DNA of 64,000 bases from Gemmatimonadales bacterium (lineage in GTDB: Bacteria > Gemmatimonadota > Gemmatimonadetes > Gemmatimonadales > GWC2-71-9): assembly GCA_036377715.1 (NCBI GenBank), contig DASUXW010000161.1, positions 9,870 to 73,869 of the forward strand, read 5' to 3'. The translations under genes were made by a program, and so were the position numbers. The notes under the pieces were generated by a model. It did not search any database, had not been told where the DNA came from, and saw nothing but the letters and a program-made list of their open reading frames with translations. Below are positions 36,732-44,807 of this stretch, one piece after another. Numbering within the stretch: position 1 is the stretch's first letter; the number at the start of each line of letters is the position of its first letter.

Positions 36732-37514
36732 ATGCCAGCACCCTCGCCGGCCGGCTTTCTGTTCGATCTCGACGGCACGCTGTACGTGGGCTCCGCCGCG
36801 GTGCCGGGCGCGCCCGAGACGGTCGCCCGGCTGCGGAACGGCGGGGTGCCGTTCCGCCTGGTCACCAATACCACCAGCCAGTCGCGCCGTATGCTGATGG
36901 AGCGGCTCGGCGCGTACGGGTTCGAGGTGATGCCCGAGGAAATCATGACGGCGACGCTCGCCGGTGTGGAGCTCCTCCGGACGAACGGTTACACTCGCGT
37001 GGCCGCCTTCGTCCCGGCCGGCGCCCTGGAGGACATGGCGGGGCTCACGCTCGTGGGCGGCACCTCGGGACGGCCCCGCGGTCAGGCGGACGCGGTGGTG
37101 CTCGGCGATCTCGGCACCGAGTGGACCTACACACTCCTGCAGGAAGCGTTCGAACAGCTCATGGCCGGCGCCGCCCTGGTGGCGCTGTCCCGCGACCGCT
37201 ACTTCCGACAGGACGGCCGGCTCGCGCTCGATGCGGGACCGTTCGTGGCCGCGCTGGAATATGCGGCGAGCGTCACGGCCGCCGTGGCAGGGAAGCCCAG
37301 CCCCGCGTTCTACCAGGCCGCGGTGCACGGCCTCGGGGTGGCGCCGGCTCGGGTCGCGATGGTCGGCGACGATCTCTGGTCGGATGTCGAGGGCGCGCAG
37401 CGCGCGGGATTGCAGGGGTGGCTGGTCCGCACGGGCAAGTTCCGCGAAGATGCGTTGCGCAGCAGCGGGATCCGCCCCGATAGGATCCTCGCCAGCGTCG
37501 CCGACGCGGGCTGA
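36732..37514 (+). CDS. HAD-IIA family phosphatase (NagD-like)
   Basis: 'FLFDLDGTLY', 'LVTNTTS', 'GKPSPAFY', 'MVGDDLWSDVEGA'. Confidence 0.8.
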   Translation: MPAPSPAGFLFDLDGTLYVGSAAVPGAPETVARLRNGGVPFRLVTNTTSQSRRMLMERLGAYGFEVMPEEIMTATLAGVELLRTNGYTRVAAFVPAGALEDMAGLTLVGGTSGRPRGQADAVVLGDLGTEWTYTLLQEAFEQLMAGAALVALSRDRYFRQDGRLALDAGPFVAALEYAASVTAAVAGKPSPAFYQAAVHGLGVAPARVAMVGDDLWSDVEGAQRAGLQGWLVRTGKFREDALRSSGIRPDRILASVADAG

Positions 37515-37554
37515 GCGGCGTACTATCTTTCCCGCCCTCGTGACTGGAGTCCCT

Positions 37555-39159
37555 GTGTGGTACCGGCGCGTGCTGCCGCTGATCGCTCTCGCGCTGCCCT
37601 TCCGGCTGTCTGCCCAGGCGCCCGCGCCCACAACAGCGGCGCCCACCGGGGACGATACCCTTCGGGCCGTCGTGCTCGATCGGCGCGACATCTTCGATCC
37701 GGATGAGCAGGGATGGATCGCCCGGGTGGCGAACGCACTGCACGTGCAGACCCGGGCGTCCACGGTCCGGCGCGAGCTCCTGTTCCGGGCGGGCCAGCCG
37801 TACGACTCCGCGCGCATCGCCGAGTCCGAGCGGAATCTCCGGGCATTGGGGGTATTCCGGCGGGTGCGGATCGACACTGTCCGGACCGATTCGGGGCTGG
37901 TGGCGCGGGTGCTCACCAAAGACGGGTGGAGCACCAAGGCCGACTGGCGCTTCCGCAGCGCCGGGGGCGAGGTCGCGTTCACCATCGGCCTGGTCGAAGA
38001 CAATCTGCTGGGCACCGCGTCGTCGGCCGCGGTGCGGTATCGCAAGAACCCCGATCGCACGAGCGTGACCCTGGCCCTCAGACGGCCCCGGCTGTTCGCC
38101 GGGACGGTCGGGCTGGGGCTCACGTACGAGGACCGCTCCGACGGCCGCGTCAGCGGACTCGCGCTGGAGCGGCCCTTCTACTCGCTCACCTCCACCTCGG
38201 GCTTCCGGTTCGACGCCGAAGACCGCGACGAGCGGGTGCTCAGGTTCTTCGACGGGGCGAACATCGCCCGGGACACGCTGACTCATCGCTACACCCTGGT
38301 ACGCGCTTCAGGCGCGCGAGCGCTGCGCGCCTCGTCGGGGGGCTACCTGCGGTTGGGCCTGCAGGGCCAGGTGCGCCGGGAGGACTTCCTGCCCGAGGGC
38401 TCGACGGCCCCCTTCGAGAAGACGATCACCGCCGCGGTCGGACCGTACCTGGCCTGGAGTCGCGCCCACTTCCTGGTGACCCACGGGGTGTCGGGCTTCG
38501 CGCGGGAAGAGGATGTGGACCTCGGGCTGACCGTGCGCGCCGGGCTGCTCGCCGCGCCCAAGCTGTTCGGCTACGAGCGGGACGGCATCGGTCCGGAGGT
38601 CGCAGCTCGTGCGGGCACAAGCCTGCCTGGCGGATTCGGGTACCTGGAGGCTGCCGCGGGAGGGGTGTTCGACGGCGGGGGGCTCGACAGCGGCTCGGTC
38701 CAGCTCGCGGCGACGTCCGTCCTCAAGCCGCGGGTACACCACGTCGCGATCATGCACGTGGAGGCGGGCTGGATCAAGGATCCGCTGCCGGGCTCCGAGT
38801 TCGATCTCGGCTTGGGCACCGGTCCTCGCGCGTTCCGGAGCCACGCGTTCACCGGCGATCGGGCCTACTTCGCGACGGCCGAGTACCGGGTCACGCTGCT
38901 GGAGGATTTTCTGGGGATGATCGGGCTGGGCATCGCGGGGTTCGTAGACCACGGCGGCGCATGGTACGCGGGCTCCCCCCGCCGAACCGGCTGGGATGCC
39001 GGGCTTGGGCTGCGTCTGGGTGCCAGCCGATCCACCGATACCGAGGCGCTCCGGTTCGACCTGGCCCGTCGGTTCGGCAACGATGCGCAGGGCCCGGGCT
39101 GGGTGGTGACGGTGGGCAAAGGATTCGTCTTCTCGCCGCTCACTAGGGTGCCGTTGTGA
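37555..39159 (+). CDS. BamA/Omp85-family outer-membrane protein (POTRA + surface-antigen barrel)
   Basis: Signal peptide 'VLPLIALALPFRLSAQA'. POTRA-like 'RRELLFRAGQPYDSARIAESERNLRALGVFRRV'. C-terminal beta-strand pattern ends 'VTVGKGFVF'. Confidence 0.75.
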   Translation: MWYRRVLPLIALALPFRLSAQAPAPTTAAPTGDDTLRAVVLDRRDIFDPDEQGWIARVANALHVQTRASTVRRELLFRAGQPYDSARIAESERNLRALGVFRRVRIDTVRTDSGLVARVLTKDGWSTKADWRFRSAGGEVAFTIGLVEDNLLGTASSAAVRYRKNPDRTSVTLALRRPRLFAGTVGLGLTYEDRSDGRVSGLALERPFYSLTSTSGFRFDAEDRDERVLRFFDGANIARDTLTHRYTLVRASGARALRASSGGYLRLGLQGQVRREDFLPEGSTAPFEKTITAAVGPYLAWSRAHFLVTHGVSGFAREEDVDLGLTVRAGLLAAPKLFGYERDGIGPEVAARAGTSLPGGFGYLEAAAGGVFDGGGLDSGSVQLAATSVLKPRVHHVAIMHVEAGWIKDPLPGSEFDLGLGTGPRAFRSHAFTGDRAYFATAEYRVTLLEDFLGMIGLGIAGFVDHGGAWYAGSPRRTGWDAGLGLRLGASRSTDTEALRFDLARRFGNDAQGPGWVVTVGKGFVFSPLTRVPL

Positions 39160-39268
39160 GCACGCGACTCAGCACCACGACGACGATGATCACCAGCACG
39201 ATGATCAGGACGAGCGCCAGCACGGTGATGCCGCGCCTGCTCCGGTCGGGTCCGATGAGGGCACGCAT
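39143..39268 (-). CDS. Possible small membrane protein (41 aa)
   Basis: GGAG RBS. 'MRALIGPDRSRRGITVLALVLIIVLVIIVVVVLSRVLTTAP'. It lies in the C-terminal part of an otherwise implausible ORF. Confidence 0.3.
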   Translation of the reverse strand: MRALIGPDRSRRGITVLALVLIIVLVIIVVVVLSRVLTTAP

Positions 39269-39337
39269 GAGAGGCTCCGGTCGGGGACCCGCGCATACTA
39301 CCCCTCCCGGCATCGCTCCACCAGCGGGAGCAGGGCC

Positions 39338-40231
39338 GTGAACGACCGGGATGGTCTGGCGCTCGTCCTCAATCCGGGCTCGGGTGGCGCGAGCGGCGAA
39401 GCGACGCCGGAGCGGGTGGTTCGGCTGTTCGAGGAGCACGGGCGCGAGGCCCGGGTGGTGCCGATCGGCGCCGGCGCCGACATCGGGGCCGCCGCGCGGC
39501 AGGCGGTGGAAGACGGCTGCAGCGTGCTGGTGGCGGGCGGCGGCGACGGCACCGTGAGTGCAGCCGCGGGCGCGCTCGTGGGAACGACGGTGCCGCTCGG
39601 CGTGCTGCCGCTCGGTACCCTCAACCACTTCGCCAAGGACCTGGGGATTCCTCTGGAGCTGGCCGAGGCCGTCGGGGTCGTGGCGCGCGGGCGGGTTCGC
39701 GAAGTCGACGTCGGCGAGGTGAACGGCCGGATCTTCCTCAACAACTCGAGCCTCGGCGTCTACCCGCGGATCGTCGAGCTCCGCTCGCGACACGGGGGCC
39801 GCGGGCCCGGGAAGTGGATCGCCGCCTTGTGGGCCACGCTCGCCGTGCTGCGTCGCCACCCGTTTCTGACGGTGCGAATCCGGACGGAGGATGAGGAGGT
39901 GGTGCGGCGGACGCCGTTCGTCTTCGTGGGAAACAACGAATACCGCATGACCGGCCTCCATCCGGCGGCCCGCGAGTCGCTGGACCGGGGCGTGCTCGCG
40001 GTCTATGTCATGGACGCCACGCGGCGCCGGAGCCTGCTCCGGCTGGGGTGGGACGTCCTCCGGCTCGGACCGGACGGCGTAGGCGAACTGGACCTGCTTC
40101 GGGTGACGGAGGCGGTGGTCGAGACCGGCCGCTCGAACCTGAAGGTGGCACTCGACGGCGAGGTGGCGGGGCTGGCGGCGCCGCTCAGGTATCGGAGCCG
40201 GGCCGGCGCGCTCCGCGTGATCGCTGTATGA
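39338..40231 (+). CDS. Diacylglycerol/lipid kinase (YegS/DAGK family)
   Basis: 'VLVAGGGDGTVSAAAG', 'LGVLPLGTLNHFAKDLG'. Confidence 0.85.
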   Translation: MNDRDGLALVLNPGSGGASGEATPERVVRLFEEHGREARVVPIGAGADIGAAARQAVEDGCSVLVAGGGDGTVSAAAGALVGTTVPLGVLPLGTLNHFAKDLGIPLELAEAVGVVARGRVREVDVGEVNGRIFLNNSSLGVYPRIVELRSRHGGRGPGKWIAALWATLAVLRRHPFLTVRIRTEDEEVVRRTPFVFVGNNEYRMTGLHPAARESLDRGVLAVYVMDATRRRSLLRLGWDVLRLGPDGVGELDLLRVTEAVVETGRSNLKVALDGEVAGLAAPLRYRSRAGALRVIAV

Positions 40232-40244
40232 CGCGGTAGACGAC

Positions 40245-40487
40245 TCATTCGTCCGCGAGACGGGTCCTCATGTTGATCCAGGAGCCGGTGCGTTTGCGCC
40301 CGCCGCGGAAATCGAAATGCTCCTCTGCCATGAGCCGCTCGCCCTGCGGTGTCGCGGGTGCGGTGAGATGCCAGAGCAGCAACTGCTGCCCGATGGCCGA
40401 GGCCGGCATCCAGACCCCGGGCTGCACCCCGGGGTAGAGCGCGGCGTACTCCGGCTTGAGCCGGGCTTCGCGGATATTGCTCTGCAC
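40245..40487 (-). CDS. Hypothetical small protein (80 aa); boundaries uncertain
   Basis: GTG preceded by GGAGGA-N5. High third-position GC by hand count. Part of the longer ORF 40245..41114. Confidence 0.4.
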   Translation of the reverse strand: MQSNIREARLKPEYAALYPGVQPGVWMPASAIGQQLLLWHLTAPATPQGERLMAEEHFDFRGGRKRTGSWINMRTRLADE

Positions 40488-40541
40488 GCTGGTCCTCCGT
40501 CGGGGTTGACGCGATTTCCAAGGCCCGCTCTCTTGCTGCCC

Positions 40542-40886
40542 ATGGACGATGCGGCGGCCGAAACGCTGTGCAAACGGGCCATGGTCGAGCTGGTATTTCT
40601 GCTCGCACACCAGCGGCAGCCGAAAACGCGCGACCGGCGTGACTGGTCGCTGCTCCGGAGTCTGTTGCGCGAGGGGCTGGCGGCGGCTCCGCCAGCCGAC
40701 CAGCTCCAGCACGGACCCTGGCAGGTCGGTCAGCGGCCGCTCCGCAAACCGGGACGCCACGGCCTGCGGTTCATCCCCCTCGCGGTTCGCGGCACCACGG
40801 AAATCATGATGCCTACCCCGGCCGAAGCCGAGGACCTGGTGGCGTTTCTCAACTGGTGTGGAATGCCGGAGCTCGGCGAGCGCTAG
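40542..40886 (+). CDS. Possible hypothetical protein (114 aa); coding strand ambiguous here
   Basis: Third-position GC is higher on + than on - in this interval by hand count. No RBS and no family match. Confidence 0.3.
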   Translation: MDDAAAETLCKRAMVELVFLLAHQRQPKTRDRRDWSLLRSLLREGLAAAPPADQLQHGPWQVGQRPLRKPGRHGLRFIPLAVRGTTEIMMPTPAEAEDLVAFLNWCGMPELGER

Positions 40887-40951
40887 GCGACGCCGCCCAG
40901 TCGACGCCGCCGAAGATGCTGCCGGACCGGCCTCGATGGAAGGGCTGGGGC

Positions 40952-41617
40952 TCAGGCCGCCGGCGGAACGGGGATCGTGAAGCAGCACTGCGGGCGCGCT
41001 CCCTGCTCGCAGCACTGGCGCACGTCCGCGCCGGTCACGTCGGAGAGGAGTGCCTGCACCATCCGGCAGGTCTCCGGGCGACGGCTGACCGCAGCCGACA
41101 CGGGACAGCCGCAACCGCGGATCCGGTATCCCGTGCCGTCGGGCTCGAGGCTGGCATCGCCGCCGAGCTCATTGAGCAGGGCGACGGCCTGCCGGGCGCG
41201 TCCCTCGGGCGTATCCTCCCGGCGGTGTACGGCGGCGGCGAGCCGGTGGCCGACGGCGCGCAGCAGGTCTTCGGTCTGCTCCCGCGGGAAGCGGTTGGCC
41301 AACTCGTCGAGCAGTGCCCCCAGGACGGGCGCGTACGCACGCGACAGCCGGACCTCGACCTCGGGAGTAAGCTCGTAGATCGCCGCCGGTTTCCCGGCGC
41401 CCGCCCCGCGCCGCAGTCCGGCCTGCGTGACCAGCCCGTCCCGTTCGAGCGTCGCGAGGTGGGCCCGGATGGCGTTGTCAGTGAGATCCAGCTCGCGCGC
41501 AAGCTCCTCGACCGTACGCGGGCCGCGGCGGAGCAGGCTGAGCACCTGGCCCCGGGTCGTCTCCATGAAGCGTTTGGAAAGGTCGGTGGGCACCGCATCT
41601 CCGCAGTTGGCAGTCAC
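40952..41617 (-). CDS. ArsR-family HTH regulator with Cys-rich C-terminal domain
   Basis: 'RTVEELARELDLTDNAIRAHLATLERDGLV'. C-terminal 'GCGCPVS...CR...CCEQGARPQCC'. Confidence 0.8.
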   Translation of the reverse strand: MTANCGDAVPTDLSKRFMETTRGQVLSLLRRGPRTVEELARELDLTDNAIRAHLATLERDGLVTQAGLRRGAGAGKPAAIYELTPEVEVRLSRAYAPVLGALLDELANRFPREQTEDLLRAVGHRLAAAVHRREDTPEGRARQAVALLNELGGDASLEPDGTGYRIRGCGCPVSAAVSRRPETCRMVQALLSDVTGADVRQCCEQGARPQCCFTIPVPPAA

Positions 41618-41641
41618 TTGAATGTACGTGGGCCAGGCCCC

Positions 41642-41672
41642 TTGTCAACTAACTCAAGAAACATCTTGACAA
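41642..41672. promoter_or_regulatory. Inverted repeat TTGTCAA-N17-TTGACAA in the divergent ArsR/DUF4142 promoter region
   Basis: Read directly in a low-GC intergenic stretch. The right half-site coincides with a TTGACA -35-like hexamer. Confidence 0.4.
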
Positions 41673-41740
41673 ATTAGAGACATTTCGCAATCCTGAGTAC
41701 GCCGGGTACGCAGGCTCACCGCTCCACTCAGGAGGATGGA

Positions 41741-42322
41741 ATGCGCAGGTTGCACCTTATCGCTGCCGCAGGCATCGCTCTCCCGCTGCTCACCGCCGCG
41801 GCTGTCCACACCACCGATCCCGCCGCACCCCCGCTCGACGACCCCACGATCGTGGCCATCTTCGATGCCGCCAATACGGCAGATATCGAGACCGGTACCC
41901 TGGCCGCAGACCGCGGCGCGTCGCAGGAGGTCCGGCAATTCGGCGCCATGCTCGCTCGCGACCACAAGCAGGTTCGGCAGCAGGGCCGGGATCTCGCGGC
42001 CAAGCTGCACGTCACTCCCACGCCGCCGGCCGATGACCAGTCAGCCAAGGCGCACGCGGAGACGATGGCGAAGCTGCGCTCGCTCAAGGGCGCCGAGTTC
42101 GACCGCGCTTTCCTGGAGCACGAGTACACCTTCCACCGCGACGTGATCGACGCCATTCAGAAGACGCTGCTCCCCGCCATTCAGAACCCGGAGCTCAAGG
42201 CGCTGGTGGTGAAGGTCGCGCCGGCGTTCCAGGCCCACATGCAGATGGCGCAGCAGCTCGAAAAGCAGTTGGCGGAGAAGGGCTCGGACGCGCCCGCGAC
42301 GAACGCGGGGTACTCGCACTAG
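41741..42322 (+). CDS. DUF4142-domain secreted protein
   Basis: Signal peptide. 'AANTADIETGTLAADRG', 'FGAMLARDHKQ', 'FDRAFLEHEYTFHRDVID'. Confidence 0.8.
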   Translation: MRRLHLIAAAGIALPLLTAAAVHTTDPAAPPLDDPTIVAIFDAANTADIETGTLAADRGASQEVRQFGAMLARDHKQVRQQGRDLAAKLHVTPTPPADDQSAKAHAETMAKLRSLKGAEFDRAFLEHEYTFHRDVIDAIQKTLLPAIQNPELKALVVKVAPAFQAHMQMAQQLEKQLAEKGSDAPATNAGYSH

Positions 42323-42424
42323 CCGTTCCGGTCGGCGGGCGGGCGAATGCATTCGACGCCCGCCGCCGGCTGCCCCGCAAGCTTCCTTCACGCCCGCTTC
42401 CGTCCAGCTTCACCGGGCGGACCT

Positions 42425-43630
42425 ATGTTGGGACGGTCAAGCTTCCGGACCGGTCCGATGCGGGTTTCCATGTCGCTGCTCGCGCTCGTCCTCGCGCTCC
42501 CGTCCACGGCCGAGGCCATTCCCGCCTTTGCCCGCCGCTACAAGGTGAGCTGCCAGCTGTGCCACAACCCCGTCCCCAAGCTCACGGCGTTCGGCGAGCA
42601 GTTCGCCGCGAACGGCTTCCGCTTCGGGCCCAACGAGGTGCCGGCCGACACGTTGGCCACCGGCGACCCGCTGCTCACGCTGCTCCAGGAGGTCCCGATC
42701 GCGTTCAGGCTCGACGCCTACGTCCAGGAGTTCACCGGAGGGAAGGCGGTTACCGACTTTCAAACGCCCTATGCGCTCAAGCTGCTATCTGGGGCGCCGA
42801 TCTCCCGGAAGCTCTCCTACTACCTGTACGCGTTCCTCTTCGAGCGCGGCGAGGTGGGCGGGGTCGAGGACGCGTTCATCACGCTGAACGACATCGGGGG
42901 GAAGCCGGTGGACCTCACGGTCGGCCAGTTTCAGGTCTCCGACCCGATGTTCAAGCGCGAGCTCCGGCTCGAGTTCGAGGACTACGCGATCTACCGGGCA
43001 CGGATGGGCGACTCGCCCGTAGACCTGACTTACGACCGCGGGGTGGTCCTCAACGCCGACGTTCTGGGCTTCGGGCTTACCGGGCAGGCGGTGAACGGGA
43101 ACGGGCGTGGTCCGGCGCAGCCCAACCGGCGGTTCGACAACGATTTCGGCAAGAACCTCGCGCTGCACGCCACCCGCGACGTGATCCGGGGTCTCCGGGT
43201 GGGCGCGTTCGGCTATTTCGGGCGCACCACCGCCGACGAAATCGAGAACGAGACCACGATGCTGGGTTTCGACGCCACGGTGGAGCACGGTCCTTTCGAG
43301 TTCAACCTGCAGTATCTCCACCGGAACGACGACCGGCCCACCTTCACCTTCCCCTCGCCGCGAACGGACGTGGACGGCGGCCTCGCGGAACTGGTGGTGC
43401 GGCCGCCCCGCTCCCGCTGGCACGGCTTCGCGCTCTACAATCTGGTGAAGGCGGACACGCCGATTCTGAGCGTGCGCCTGGGTGAGCCGGGGCCGCTGCG
43501 TCGCTACGAGACGGTGACCGGCGGGGCGGGCTACCTGGTGCGGCGCAACTTCCGGATGACCGGCGAGGTGACCCAGGATCTGGTGCAGGGCCAGACCCGG
43601 TGGACCCTCGGATTCGTCTCGGCGTTCTGA
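42425..43630 (+). CDS. Predicted outer-membrane beta-barrel-like protein with an N-terminal CXXCH heme-binding motif
   Basis: Signal peptide. 'FARRYKVSCQLCHNPVPKLTAFGEQF'. Alternating beta-strand pattern; C-terminal 'WTLGFVSAF'. Confidence 0.65.
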   Translation: MLGRSSFRTGPMRVSMSLLALVLALPSTAEAIPAFARRYKVSCQLCHNPVPKLTAFGEQFAANGFRFGPNEVPADTLATGDPLLTLLQEVPIAFRLDAYVQEFTGGKAVTDFQTPYALKLLSGAPISRKLSYYLYAFLFERGEVGGVEDAFITLNDIGGKPVDLTVGQFQVSDPMFKRELRLEFEDYAIYRARMGDSPVDLTYDRGVVLNADVLGFGLTGQAVNGNGRGPAQPNRRFDNDFGKNLALHATRDVIRGLRVGAFGYFGRTTADEIENETTMLGFDATVEHGPFEFNLQYLHRNDDRPTFTFPSPRTDVDGGLAELVVRPPRSRWHGFALYNLVKADTPILSVRLGEPGPLRRYETVTGGAGYLVRRNFRMTGEVTQDLVQGQTRWTLGFVSAF

Positions 43631-43709
43631 GGCTCTCCCCGATTGAGACAACCGTCACACCGGGCGCCGGCGCATTGGGCCATCCTTCGACTTCAGGGAA
43701 GGAGACCGC

Positions 43710-44807
43710 ATGCCCACTACGACCCCCGACGTGCAGCTCACCCGTGAGCGTGTCCAGGAGGCGCTGGCCCGGGTTCACTACCCGGGGCTCACGCGTGACC
43801 TGGTCTCGTTCGGGATGGTGGAGCATGTCAGCGTCTGCGACGGGCGGGTGAAGGTGCGCCTCGCGCTTCGCACGCGAGACGAATCGGTTCCCGCGCGACT
43901 CCGCGCGAGCATTTCGGAAGCCCTGGTGCCGCTCGGTGCGACGGAGGTGTCGGTCGAGATCGTCGCGCCGGCACCAGCGCCGCAGGCGGTGCCGGCCCGT
44001 GCCGCTCCCGATCCCTGGGCGGAGCAGGCCCGGCTCGCGGCGGTGCGACACGTGATCGCCGTGGGGGCCGGCAAGGGCGGAGTGGGCAAGAGCACCGTCG
44101 CCGCGAACCTGGCGCTGCTGCTCGCCCGGGAAGGGCTCCGGGCCGGGCTGCTCGATGCCGACATCTACGGTCCGAGCCTGCCGCTCCTGCTCGGCATCGA
44201 GGACGGCGCGCAGCGGGTGCGCATGACGGCCGACAAATCCATCCAGCCGCTCGACGCGCACGGGCTCCCGCTCATCAGCTTCGGTTTCTTCCTGGGCGAA
44301 GGCTCGCCCGCCGTGTGGCGCGGGCCGATGGTGTCCAAGGCCGTAAAGCAGTTCGCGCGCGGCGTGGCCTGGCCGGAACTGGACGTCCTGGTGGTGGACC
44401 TCCCGCCCGGCACGGGCGACATCCCGTTGAGCCTGGCGCAGGCGATCGTGCTCTCCGGGGCCGTCGTCGTCACCCAGCCCGCGCGGGTGGCCGCCGCCGA
44501 GGCCCGCAAGGCCGCGGCGATGTTCCGAAGCCTCGAGGTGCCGGTGCTCGGGATCGTGGAGAACATGGCGGGCGCCTTCGGCCGCGGGGCGGGCAGCGCG
44601 ATCGCGGCAGAGCTGTCGGTGCCGTTTCTCGGCTCCGTTCCCTTCGATCCTTCGATGGTGGCCGAAGGCGACGCCGGGGCGCCGACCGTGCTGGCCCGGC
44701 CCGAGAGCGAGGCGACGCGGGCGCTCGCCGCAGTCGCGCACGGCGTCGCCGCGGGGCTGGGCTGGCGGCATGTCGCCGACGCGCCCGCGGCGGGAGGCGG
44801 GCGATGA
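43710..44807 (+). CDS. apbC: Mrp/ApbC/NBP35-type Fe-S cluster carrier ATPase with N-terminal DUF59
   Basis: 'VHYPGLTRDLVSFGMV', Walker A 'GKGGVGKSTVA', 'DLPPGTGD'. Confidence 0.9.
   Translation: MPTTTPDVQLTRERVQEALARVHYPGLTRDLVSFGMVEHVSVCDGRVKVRLALRTRDESVPARLRASISEALVPLGATEVSVEIVAPAPAPQAVPARAAPDPWAEQARLAAVRHVIAVGAGKGGVGKSTVAANLALLLAREGLRAGLLDADIYGPSLPLLLGIEDGAQRVRMTADKSIQPLDAHGLPLISFGFFLGEGSPAVWRGPMVSKAVKQFARGVAWPELDVLVVDLPPGTGDIPLSLAQAIVLSGAVVVTQPARVAAAEARKAAAMFRSLEVPVLGIVENMAGAFGRGAGSAIAAELSVPFLGSVPFDPSMVAEGDAGAPTVLARPESEATRALAAVAHGVAAGLGWRHVADAPAAGGGR

Noticed and set aside
40297-40915. Apparent ~496-bp-period duplication: CGGAAATC...ATGCCnGAGC blocks on the DNA, 'H(H/F)DFRG' twice in the minus translation, and 'EI.M...CG.MPE' twice in the plus translation.
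   Set aside because: Only an 8-mer and a ~10-mer block match. The sequence between them is essentially unrelated, and an exact 8-mer recurrence within ~700 bp of GC-biased DNA is expected by chance. This is not sufficient to claim a duplication.
43631-43709. TTGAGACAACCGTCA upstream of the Mrp gene considered as an Fnr/Dnr box.
   Set aside because: It does not fit TTGAT-N4-ATCAA spacing or half-sites (TTGA-N8-TCAC at best). A PWM scan is needed before any claim.
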